Positions 53,119-64,000 of a DNA stretch of 64,000 bases are shown here, in pieces. Position numbers and translations under genes: made by a program. Every line of letters starts with the position of its first letter. Position 1 is the first letter of the stretch. A model generated the notes under the pieces. It made no database searches. It was not told the DNA's origin and saw nothing but the letters and a program-made list of their open reading frames with translations. The stretch is from Octopus sinensis (Eukaryota), in contig NC_042999.1 in assembly GCF_006345805.1 (NCBI RefSeq), forward strand, positions 107,322,001-107,386,000, written 5' to 3'.

Positions 53119-53834
53119 AGAGGCACTTAAACAAATGTAGAAATATTTTGAATATATGCATTCCAAGGTAAGCTGTCTGAATATGTAAAGTAAGCAATAC
53201 CTACCCAGACTAAAACAATAAATAGAAATATACATATACAATGCATATTGTATATGTAATACAGTTTATTCACATCCATATGCAGGTACAATGTAATCAG
53301 CTTATTTTATTCCTATAGAGGTATATATGCATCACTTGCATTACAGAATACTTCATTCCTGAAAATCTTGCCATAATGCTGAATATAGTAATGTGAAACG
53401 AATTTCCTCGTCGATTTCCATATTATAAATTTGGAAATATTCCAACGGAATTTTTTGGAAAAATCCCACACGTAATGCAACAACTTTTATGCATGAAAAT
53501 AAGAATTTTAAGTACAATGTGTAGCTGTCGCTACATGGTTAAGGATTTTGCTTTCCAACCATGTTGTTTTGAGTTCAGTCCCACAGTGTGGTACTTTGGG
53601 CAAGTGCCTTCTACTATAAGCCTAGGCTGATCAAAGTCTCGTGAGGAGATGTCATAGATGGAAACAGAAAGAAGTTCCATCATATAAACAGATATATATA
53701 TATATATTTATATATATATATATATATGTAGAGAGAGAGAGAGAAAGAGACAGAGTGAGAGAGAGACACAAAGAGAGAGTGAGAGAGAGAGACAAAGAGA
53801 CAGACACACAGACAGACAGACTAATAGATAGGCT

Positions 53835-54003
53835 TGGGCATGCAATGTGATAAGAAGTTTCCTTCCTAACCACATGGTTCTGGGTTCAGTCCCACTGCAT
53901 GGTACCTTGGGCAAGTGTCTTCTACTATAGCTTTGGGCTGACCAAAGCCTTGTGAGCGAATGAGAACATAGAAACTGTATGAATCTCACTGTATGTGTGT
54001 GTT

Positions 54004-54041
<38 letters not shown>

Positions 54042-54310
54042 AGTGAGCATATAAAGGCAAAATAAGGTGGAAAAAATAGTACGCAAATATTGGAGGTAGA
54101 GTATTAGACTTTTTATATATATATTCATAATGCCTGTGTCTGTGCGTCCTTGGTTCTGTGTTTGCCCCTCATCACTGCTTGACAACTGGTATTGGTGTGT
54201 TTATGTCCCTGTAACTTGGCGGTTACAGGTGTCGAGTCTTTCAACTGTTTAAGGTAGTGCCCCTGCATAGGAGCAGTCTAATGCCCAAAACAAGTAAAAA
54301 ATAAAAGATA
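53835..54310 (+). mobile_element. SINE family B with nested PLE-tail fragment (54038-54112, minus)
   Basis: Insert reverse complement resembles 18134-18181 (ACTCTACC...TATTTG.GTACT.TTTTTCCACCTT). Confidence 0.7.
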
Positions 54311-54419
54311 AGATATATATATATATATATACATATATACACATATTTACATACATAAATAGCTGTATATATGTGTGTGTGGTGTGTGTGTGTGTGTGTG
54401 TATGCATGTATAATAATTC

Positions 54420-54835
54420 TTACACCCTGCAGTGCTGTCAGCACAATGGGCAACAAACCTTCTCCAAACATCCTGACAGTTCATTTTCCTCTTACTTCCT
54501 CTCAGGCCAACTCCCATCCCTATCATATCATCCCAAAATATACTATGCAACACCTTCCTTGGTTTTCCCTTTTTCCTCCTTCAGGCATTCACTCCATCCC
54601 AAGTGTAACATGTTTCTCCTGCAGTAATCAAAGTACATGACCGTTAAACTGTATCTGCCACTTAGTCACAATATCTTTCACATTTCCCATGCCAGCCCTT
54701 ATCTCTTTATTGCTCACTAAGTAGCAGTAAGAGATGCCCAGGCTTGAATTTAGGTAGTATCAATAAAACATGACCAGCAATCGAGAGATCCTCAGTCTTT
54801 TTCCAGGTTTCACAGACAACGATGGCTATTGCAAA
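54420..54835 (-). mobile_element. Second RTE-family LINE 3' fragment
   Basis: SNKEIRAGM...DIV...FNGHVL...MPEGGKGK motifs on the minus strand. Confidence 0.6.
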
Positions 54836-54868
54836 AATCATAAATATCTATATATATATATATATATA

Positions 54869-55887
54869 CGTTTAAATGTTTGTTGTGCAAGATTTTTTAT
54901 GTGAAGTCGTGTGTTGAAACAGATATTGTTATATTTCGGAATGGTCATATTGCCAGTTTAGCCAATAAAAACACACGCACTATATATTTGGTGTTATTTT
55001 GCTTCATTGTTATTTATTTTTTACATTAATCTTAATCTTATTTCGGCCAGAGTTCTTTCGTCACACTCCTGTGACCGCATCAGTGGTCCTTTGTTTTCTT
55101 CTTTCTTATTTGTGTCTCTCCTTACTAACCGTCAGCCATTTTGTATTTCTATTGTATGTCTTCATTTGCGCATGCTTATATCTCTATGTGCGTCTATGTT
55201 TATTTAGTGTGTGTATGTGGGGGGATGCCTGTAATATTTGTATCTTCTGTTTATATATGTTCATGTAATTTGTATTTTGTATTTTGTTTTTGTTGTTTTT
55301 GTTTATTCTTATTTTGAGTTTACATCCACTTATTATTATCATTACATATGCTTGTATGTATAACAACAATACTAGTAATAATAATAATAGTTATATATTT
55401 TTTTTTTCGATTCGATTTATTATATAACTATTATTATTATTACTAGTATTGTTGTTATACATACAAGCATATGTAATGATAATAATAAGTGGATGTAAAC
55501 TCAAAATAAGAATAAACAAAAACAACAAAAACAAAATACAAAATACAAATTACATGAACATATATAAACAGAAGATACAAATATTACAGGCATCCCCCCA
55601 CATACACACACTAAATAAACATAGACGCACATAGAGATATAAGCATGCGCAAATGAAGACATACAATAGAAATACAAAATGGCTGACGGTTAGTAAGGAG
55701 AGACACAAATAAGAAAGAAGAAAACAAAGGACCACTGATGCGGTCACAGGAGTGTGACAAAAGAACTCTGGCCGAAATAAGATTAAGATTAATGTAAAAA
55801 ATAAATAACAATGAAGCAAAATAACACCAAATATATAGTGCGTGTGTTTTTATTGGCTAAACTGGCAAAATGACCATTCCGAAATAT

Positions 55888-55895
<8 letters not shown>
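54869..55895 (-). mobile_element. PLE-type terminus forming a 973-bp near-perfect palindrome (54923-55895) plus 54-nt unpaired tail
   Basis: Arms about 475 bp with 2 mismatches seen; AT-rich loop near 55398-55421; (TA)n on both flanks; degenerate hammerhead-like motif in the arms. Confidence 0.75.
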
Positions 55896-55926
<31 letters not shown>

Positions 55927-56205
55927 AAATCGTGTCGTTTTTCTACTATATATATATATATATATAAATTATAATATTTTTTTAATTTACTTAATCTTTA
56001 CTTTTTAATTGTTATTTTAATTTTAACTTTTCTATTATAAGTAATTTTCTAGATGGTGTAATTTAATTATTCGTGTTGAATTGATAAAAGATGTTTTTTT
56101 TTTCTAATATTTTATATATATATATTATATTGTGTGAAATTTGATTTAGTATTTCTAAATTGAATTCTTTTTCCTTGTAAGTTTAGATTTCATTCCCTCA
56201 AATAA

Positions 56206-56270
<65 letters not shown>

Positions 56271-56271
<1 letters not shown>

Positions 56272-58632
56272 CACAGGAGTTGCCGGGTGGTAAGTAGTTT
56301 GCTTACCTTTGTTGGAGACAGACGTGTTTTTTGGGCCAAAGAGTTCTTGCTGCTTGATGTCACGTCTTTCGTCGTGAAATATTGAAATTTGAGGCTTGAC
56401 TACAGGTAGGCATTTGTTGTATTTTTTTTAGGGCTTAGTGGAGTTTGTTGCCCTGTATTTAATATTTTAGTGAGCAACAGTCACCACTCTGCTCCGGACA
56501 TTTACCTGCCTGTGGTTGTGTGTAAAGACTCACTTTGCAGTGAGAATTGTGTTTTTGAGGAAGCGTAGCCCCTCCAAAAAAATTAATTTGTTTGCGAAAA
56601 TTGTCTTTGTGAATTTCCACTGGATTACCAAGGAGTACCAAGGCAGTAAGAACTATTTTTGCGACTGGAGTACTTGTATTATTACTGAGTTGCGGAATTG
56701 TGTTGCCTTGTATTGAACTGTCTTCCTTCGTTCTTTTTTTCTGCTCTATCTTTCCGTTCTTCTTTCGTGTTTATTACTGAACTTTTATTTAGAACATTTG
56801 AACTTTTGTTGAACTCTTTTTTGTTTCTTTGTGGTTTTAAATCCTGGCAACAAAGAAAACCACTGTGCTGGAGTGGGAAATTATGCCCTCCAAGCAGTGG
56901 ATAGAGGACCAGAAATGAGAGAATGGTGGTGTTGAGGACATACTCCAAGTCACTCGACACCATCACTGTGTTCTCTCAGGACGAAATTGAAAAAGAGTTG
57001 GCAGAATACCTACCAACTATCAAGTATATTGCAAGGGATGTCAAATTTGCAACAGTGTGGTTACTGTTTGACACCCCTAAAGAGGCTAGCTTGTTTACTA
57101 GTCAGCCCCTGGAAGGGGAAAATTTTTGTTTCTCCCTACATATCGGGGAAGGAAATTGACAAGAGGCTGGGTGAGTGGGCTGCCACCCGGAATAGAGCCT
57201 GAGTGGATAGAAGATACTATCCGCTGGGGTCTGGGTGGCAGCGGAGCCAGGCTCTTGAATGTTAGAATGCTTCCTGTGGCTGATTAGGTGGGGTCAAAAG
57301 CAATTTTGACCCTATGGACCCAATCAGCCAAAGATCTGGTCTTCCCAGACTTTCTAAAGATGGCAGGTTCTAGTTATCTGGTGACTCTTGAGGGATGCCC
57401 TTCGCCCAAGTGTCACCTGTGCCTGAAATCGTGTCACATCAAGAGGAAGTGCCCCAACAACTATGCAAGGGCACTGTAAAAATTAATAGAGGAGGATGTT
57501 TTTCCTCCAATGGAGCTTCCTGAGCATATAAAGGAGGAAGGTGTAGAAAAAGTCGAGGAGGAGGTAACCCCCTCAAAAGGAAAAAAAAGAAAGAAGGTGG
57601 ACAACAATGGTTGTCCACCGATGGATCCTGTGAAGGCGGGAGGGAAGGAGGGACCTACCGACAAACTGGAGGAACCTCACTCTCCCAACGCGAAAAAGGG
57701 GGAAAAAAAAGAAAAGAAAGAAAAATGGGGCATTGCCGGCAGTTGCTGGTGCACAGGTGGCATGTTCCGAAATCCCTTCAGTGGAACGTGAGCCACCGGA
57801 GGTGGGGAAGAAGAAGGCCCCTCCCAGTGGAAATGTTGATGAACATGTCATCTTCTATCTCAGGGGAGGGGCTGTAGAGAACTATATAGAAAGTTCCTTT
57901 GATAGTCAGGACCTAATAGACTCGACTTATCTTCCAGAGTGGCCTCCGCAGGTGGCTGCTTGGGTACTGGAAGAAAGAAACCTTTATCACATAATGGACT
58001 CCTTCTCAAAGGAAGAGTATAGATCATGTGTAAAGGACCCCCACTTGCGGTTGCTGGAATGCCTGCAGGAGGCAAAAAAGTTTATTAAAGACTCATTGAT
58101 GTAATTGTTTTCAATTGTAATGGATATTTTTGCCCATAAAAGTGTGACATATTGTAAGAGGGTTAATACCTCAGTTAGTATTTATTTTTTTGAAAAAAAA
58201 AACAATGTTTTAGAGACGCAAAAGTTGGTGGGCGCTTTTTGTCTTCTCCCATCCTTATAATCCTCGTATCATTATCATTCACCTCATTAATGTCCTTGTC
58301 CAGCCTGCAAGCTACCATACACTATGTACTGCCTTTATGGCAAATTCGATAAAATAAAGTAGCTTGCTTACCAACCACATGGTTCTGGGTCCATTCATTG
58401 GGCAAGTGTCTTCTACTATAGCCTCAGGCCAGCCAAAGCCTTGTGAGTGGATTTGGTAGGCAGAAACTGAAAGAAGCCCATCATATATATATGTATATAT
58501 GTATGTATGTGTGTCAGTGTTTGTTCCCCCAACATCACTTGACAACCGATGATGGTGTGTTTACATCCCTGTAAGAGACCGATAGAATAAGTACTAGGTT
58601 TCAAAAGAATAAGTCAAATAACTGAAACAAGG
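56271..58632 (+). mobile_element. SINE family B split by a 2049-bp insertion
   Basis: Head 56271-56307; resumes at 58357 through body and tail. Confidence 0.85.
56308..58356 (+). mobile_element. ORF1-only L1/Tx1-like non-autonomous retroelement
   Basis: 16-bp TSD AAGTAG(T/C)TTGCTTACC at 56292-56307 and 58357-58372; frameshifted ORF1 about 56884-58104 with CX2CX4HX4C knuckle CHLCLKSCHIKRKC; no APE or RT seen; ends in AATAAA. Confidence 0.75.
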
Positions 58633-59140
58633 CATTGGTGAATAAAGATTCTTTATTTGTATATTAAAGCTACCATTGGTTCCATGTTAAGAAAATATCT
58701 GAATTTTTTAAGCCTATCACATGGAGAAATTGGTGTTTAGCTCCATTTTGGATTAATTTTGGGTTATGCTAAGAATTATTGCATGGTGCCAGAAGTTTTG
58801 ACTTTAATCAAATGCAACTCCAAATCATTGCTAAAGTATTTGCATAAATAGAATCAGAACAGTTTATACTGGCATCAATTCAGACCCCGCTTTCTTTTTC
58901 CTTCTCTCTAGACATATCTATACTTCAAACTTAGTATCCAACTTACTGTCAAAGCATATATATTGAAATATTTCCAAATGCTTCATACTTTCAAACATTT
59001 CAACTGAGGAAGGTTTATGTAGTGGATACATTTTGTATTATATTATTCGAACCTGAAACACACGTATTAAATGATTTCAAAATATCTGTTTATTTTGAGT
59101 TCATTATTAAACAGATAGATAGATAGATAGATAGGTAGAT

Positions 59141-60173
59141 ATGTTTCTTTATTGGCCACACAGGGCTGCACACAGATGGGACAGATTACAAAGTAGAGCT
59201 TTTCTTTTTGGGGGAAAGAAAAAAAAAGGCGGGTTAGGTTTTCGATCAAAAGGGATCATAAAAGGGAAAGAAGAAAAAAAGGAAAAGAAACAAAAGAAAA
59301 AAAAAAACGATCAATAGGGATCGTGTATCACAGTGTCATGATATAAAGTGTAAAGGCAGAAGCAGATAAGGTTTATCCGTGGGAAGAAAAGCCTACGGAA
59401 AAGACCACAGTAACCTCGGTCAATATTGTTACATGTTACCACATTTGCTTGCAAGTAGGTAACCCTCTGTTTTAAATTTCTGGGTTCAAGGTGGCTTCGT
59501 CATTCATACGTGCCATCCTTGCTACATTCACCCATCTTTTTTTGAAACATTCGCTAGATAAAACTTGCCTCTCTACTCTCACTTTCCTTTTCAAGTGATA
59601 CTTGAAGAAGTTGATGAGAGATTGACCAGAGAGGAAAGTGTTTGTCTCCAATCCTTTCAGACGTGTCCATCAGATACATTCTTTCGCCATAGCCACAAGG
59701 ATGATGAAAATAGCTCTTCCTTGCTGTTTGAAGGAAGGAGGCGTGATAATATTGACGATAGACTCGGCTGATAAACCTACTCGTCCCACACGTGTCAGCA
59801 GTCATTCGACATATGCCCACAGCTCAGAAGTTGTTGGACACTGCACGAGTGCATGCAGAATAGCTTTGTCACTCTGACTGCATCTTGGGCAGGTCGGCCC
59901 CGTGTTTCTCGAGCTGTGTCCGTAGAGCTTATCCCGAACGGGTAGCGCTTCTCAGTAGCACTGCTAGGCCAGGGATCTCTGGAAGTTGTCCATGGGCCCT
60001 GGCCCAAACGTCATCCTGAACAGGCAAGTCAGGTATTCCTCATCGACATCCAGGTTCGCCCCAAGCTCATTGTCGTACCTCCCCTCCACTTATCCCCTAT
60101 AGAATGCTTTGGTTGTGTTGAAGTCACTCAAGGTCGACCCAGGACAGCATAGTTGCTTGAGAGCAATGCGACG
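59141..60173 (-). mobile_element. Tx1/L1-clade LINE 3' end within a (GATA)n tract
   Basis: Minus translation LPVRDKL...PTCPRCSQ....LHALVQCP...LW (C-terminal zinc-binding domain), 3'UTR and AATAAA; (GATA)n on both flanks. Confidence 0.85.
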
Positions 60174-60196
60174 TAGATAGATAGATAAATAGATAA

Positions 60197-60234
<38 letters not shown>

Positions 60235-60235
60235 C

Positions 60236-60298
<63 letters not shown>
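60174..60298. repeat. (GATA)n microsatellite
   Basis: Direct reading. Confidence 0.95.
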
Positions 60299-60299
<1 letters not shown>

Positions 60300-60952
60300 T
60301 GGGCACACACACACACAATTTTTTTCTTCTACAAAACCTCTTTTGGTTATGTCACAAAAATGTATTCACTAAAGCCTTTTTTCAATATGAAAGACATTGT
60401 CTCCTTTTTTTCTTGTACTTGTATGTTAATCTTTCTTTGTGCAAACATACACATATTTTTTCAGTAAAACTACAATACAAAAACATTTGTTGTGTAAAAA
60501 CGTGCTTTTATATTTTTATTCTCATATATAATAATAAATATAGAGAATACAGCTATTTTGCCCCTTACATTACAAAATTACACTTGTCTTAATTAAACAA
60601 AAAATGTACATGCATATATTTAATGCATTTTCAGCCTTATCTCATTATATTTCCTATACACCCGCACACACACAAGCACACTAATATATATATATACACA
60701 CACAATGTATGTTTGCATCAGTATTTTTGTGTTACTGTCTCTTAATTTTGGCATGACATGGTTTTTGTAAATCAGTGTCACCATCATGCAAATGATGTTA
60801 TTTCATATTCCAGTCATCTGTGAAAACATACCTAGCCATTAGGAAATGTTACTTTGCATGAAAGTGATGAGCATTGGTAACAGGAATGGCATCCAGCTAT
60901 AGAAAATCTGCCTCAATAAAATCAATAAACTTTATCAATAAATTTTATCAGC

Positions 60953-61122
60953 GTAGGAATGGCTGTATGGTAAGTAGCTTGCATACGATCCACACGGTTC
61001 TGGGTTCAGTCCCACTGCATGGCACCTTGGGCAAGTGTCTTCTACTATAGCCTCGAACCAACCAAAGCCTTGTGAGTGTATTTGGTAGATGGAAACTGAA
61101 AGAAGCCCGTCATATATATGTA

Positions 61123-61187
<65 letters not shown>

Positions 61188-61395
61188 GTATGTATATGTG
61201 TATATGTTTGTGTGTCTGTGTTTGTCCCCCCAACATCACTTGACAAGCGTTGCTGGTGTGTTTATGCCCCATAACTTAGCTGTTTGGCAAAAGATACCGA
61301 TAGAATAAGTACTAGGCTTACAAAGAATAAGTTCTGGTGTTAATTTGCTTGACTAAAGGTGGTGCTCAACATGGCCACAGTTAAATGACTGAAAC
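60953..61395 (+). mobile_element. SINE family B full-length
   Basis: Head, body, internal microsatellite and tail all present. Confidence 0.85.
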
Positions 61396-61599
61396 AAGTA
61401 AAAGAGTAAAAGAGACCCATGTAGACACTGAAACAATGATGATAACGATGACATGTAAGAGTATGTATACATAAAATATATTTAAAGAGAAATACTTAAA
61501 AAATATTTTTAAAATATAAAAAGGAATAGAGAAATATTATAGCAATTGACTGCTATGTTGTGGAAGGAGTTCTTTAGGAGACTATCAGTAGAAAAGAAT

Positions 61600-63540
61600 T
61601 TATTTAAATTTATCCAAGTGTGGGAACTGAGCTCATTATGAACTTCTCTTGTAATTTTTGAGCTACATTCACAATTAGAATTGTTACTATCTCAGACTTA
61701 CTGACCTCCTTAACTAAGTGCCAAATCTTTAGTCATGTTCTTTGTAGTGAACTGAAATGGAGTGAGTGGATCTTCTGTAACCATGTTTGGCACAGCAATT
61801 CACTGTTGTTCCAAAAGCATCACATCCTCATTAAATAAACTTTTTCTATAAAGCACTGCAGCTCAACATCATAATCTATGACTTTTGCAGACTCATAATG
61901 TCTTGCTGAACTTGATGTAGACTTTCTGGTCGTAGAAAACCTGTAAAATCACAGATATAATCTAGCTTTGTATTATACTCAAAAACCAATCCCATGATTC
62001 AATTAAATTATCCACAATATTCATAATGCTGAACCTTTTTTAATAATAGCCACCTGTAGGTTTCTCTTCTTAATTTTTTTTTTGTATTGTTTTTTACTCA
62101 GATAATATGCCTGAAGTTAGCTCTTCCACCTTGATCCATTGGTTTTAGCAAAGAAGCTGTATCCTTGGGAATATATTCCACACTTACATTACAAGGTAAT
62201 TTAAATTCACTGGATTGTTTGGAACCCCATCTAAAAGGAGAATGAGTTATTAGAAACATTATTATGCCTGACCATTACTTTTTACAAAATTCCTTGTAAA
62301 CCAGTCTTAGAAAGTCTCATAGATGTCCAAATACTTTTGTTTGAAAACCAAATCACAGATTAAATTTAACCCTTGAAGTACCTTAAAGTTTTGGAATGAC
62401 ATGTAAATAAGGGTTTAAATTCCATTCTTTTCTCTTACAAGGAAACTTTTTAAGCTGGTACTGATTTTTCTTCCCAAGAACTGAAAGTCCTACTATGTGT
62501 ATACTCCCAGAAAAGTTCAGTTAGACCAACATTTTACACTTGTTTCAGAACGTAGCCCTTTTTAGCAATGATTTCAGCTCCTTAGGATAATTACCAGAAG
62601 CCCCTATGTTGGTACTAGCAGTTTCACTGTTCATTTTATAATAATGTTGCACATAGGCGCAGGAGTGGCTGTGTAGTAAGTAGCTTGCTTACCAACCACA
62701 TGGTTCCGGGTTCAGTCCCACTGCGTGGCATCTTGGCAAGTGTCTTCTGCTATAGCCCCGGGCCGACCAATGCCTTGTGAGTGGATTTGGTAGACAGAAA
62801 CTGAAAGAAGCCTGTCGTATATATGTATATATATATATATGTGTGTGTGTGTTTGTGTGTCTGTATTTATCCCCCTAGCATTGCTTGACAACCGATGCTG
62901 GTGTGTTTACGTGCCCGTAACTTAGCAGTTCAGCAAAAGAGACCAATAGAATAAGTACTAGGCTTACAAAGAATAAGTCCTGGGGTCGAGTTGCTCAATT
63001 AAAAGGTGGTGCTCCAGCATGGCCGCAGTCAAATGACTGAAACAAGTAAAAGAGAGTAAATGAATGCACCACTTAAACCATTCAAACCAGACTTTATTAG
63101 CAAGAAAACGTTTTACATCAGAAGTTACAGGTTTATCTTTCTGCAAATTGTTATGCCAGCTTTTAGCTTACACCTTTGTTTGAATGACTATTTGTGTTCA
63201 TCAGCAAATTATGTCCAGTTTGATCATTGATCTATGCACTCAGGAGCCATTCCATGTTAGACATCACATCAGATCTACGAAAAAACACTGTCTGGGTAGT
63301 TAACAGAATAACTACTTATTCTATTAACTACCCAGGCAGTGTTTGATCTAATTTTGCTTTTATTATCAGGCATAGTTCTCATTGCAGAGATTGAAAACTT
63401 TAAGGCTTTTGTAAAATGGCTGAATTTTTCTCCTGCATTAAACTGTTGTGAAACATCAAGATTAACATCTAGCATTATCTCTCTGCTGTTCCTTGTGAAA
63501 CTGCCACCTTCACTTTCATTTGATGGACTCTTTCTTTATC
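61600..63540 (-). mobile_element. Tigger/pogo-like transposase, degenerate, interrupted by a SINE
   Basis: N-terminal HTH-like LDVSQQFNAGEKFS; ANKVWFEWFK; ETASTN...YPKELK; TASLLKPMDQG; CDFTGF. Confidence 0.8.
62657..63057 (+). mobile_element. SINE family B, young full-length copy
   Basis: GGCGCAGGAGTGGCTGTGTAGTAAG...GGTTCAGTCCC...CCAGCATGGCCGCAGTCAAATGACTGAAACAAGTAAAAG. Confidence 0.9.
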
Positions 63541-64000
63541 ATCTTGAGTAAGAGTAATGCACTGTACTGTATAAAGTTTGAAGATATATCCTATTGCAGC
63601 AGTGGTAAATGTAAAATCCACACTTCATAGAAAAATAGAATCTAAGGAAAGTGGTGTTGTGTAATTTCAAATAAATTATAATAGTTTATTACTGCAAACT
63701 CAAGAATGAAATGAGAACATTAAAGGAATAAAAACAAAATAGAGAGACAAGGAAACCTTTTAGTGTAGGAAGATATATTTCAAGGTCTAAGCAAGTGACA
63801 AAACAAAGGCAAGAATGTTGAGAGCAAGGAAAAACAAAGTGAAATGAATTAATGTTTACAAAAACAAGTTGGATGTTTAGAAGAGAGTGGATAGCTGCAA
63901 TCAAAAACAAGGTATAAGAGAAGAAGAGAGTGTAACATATGTGTTGACAAAAATATTGAGAACAATGAAAAATGTAAAGTTAATAGGTAAAAAAATAAAT

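Overview
AT-rich eukaryotic DNA, almost entirely repeat-derived. The SINE types, RTE tails ending in (GAT)n and dense (TA)n/(GATA)n microsatellites suggest an Octopus genome (inference). I found no host protein-coding gene I can support; nearly all ORFs in the track are microsatellite translations or antisense shadows of transposons. Identifiable elements: a young 5'-truncated RTE LINE (4.1-7.2 kb), an older longer RTE (31.9-35.1 kb), and many RTE tails. Also Penelope-like element (PLE) fragments, CR1, HERO-like and Tx1 LINE ends, an ORF1-only L1/Tx1-like element with a 16-bp TSD, a 1144-bp solo LTR, two mariners, a Tigger/pogo, hairpin/MITE elements and at least four tRNA-derived SINE families. 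Main observations: (1) type I hammerhead ribozyme motifs in PLE-type ends, including two identical intact-looking copies on opposite arms of a fold-back (9.3-9.6 kb); (2) a recurring tail-arm-loop-inverted arm architecture, up to a 973-bp near-perfect palindrome; (3) a C4HC3 PHD finger inserted inside the RT domain of both RTE copies; (4) an ORF1-only retroelement inserted in the tRNA-like head of a SINE. All folds and alignments were done by eye, and family names come from recalled motifs, not database searches.
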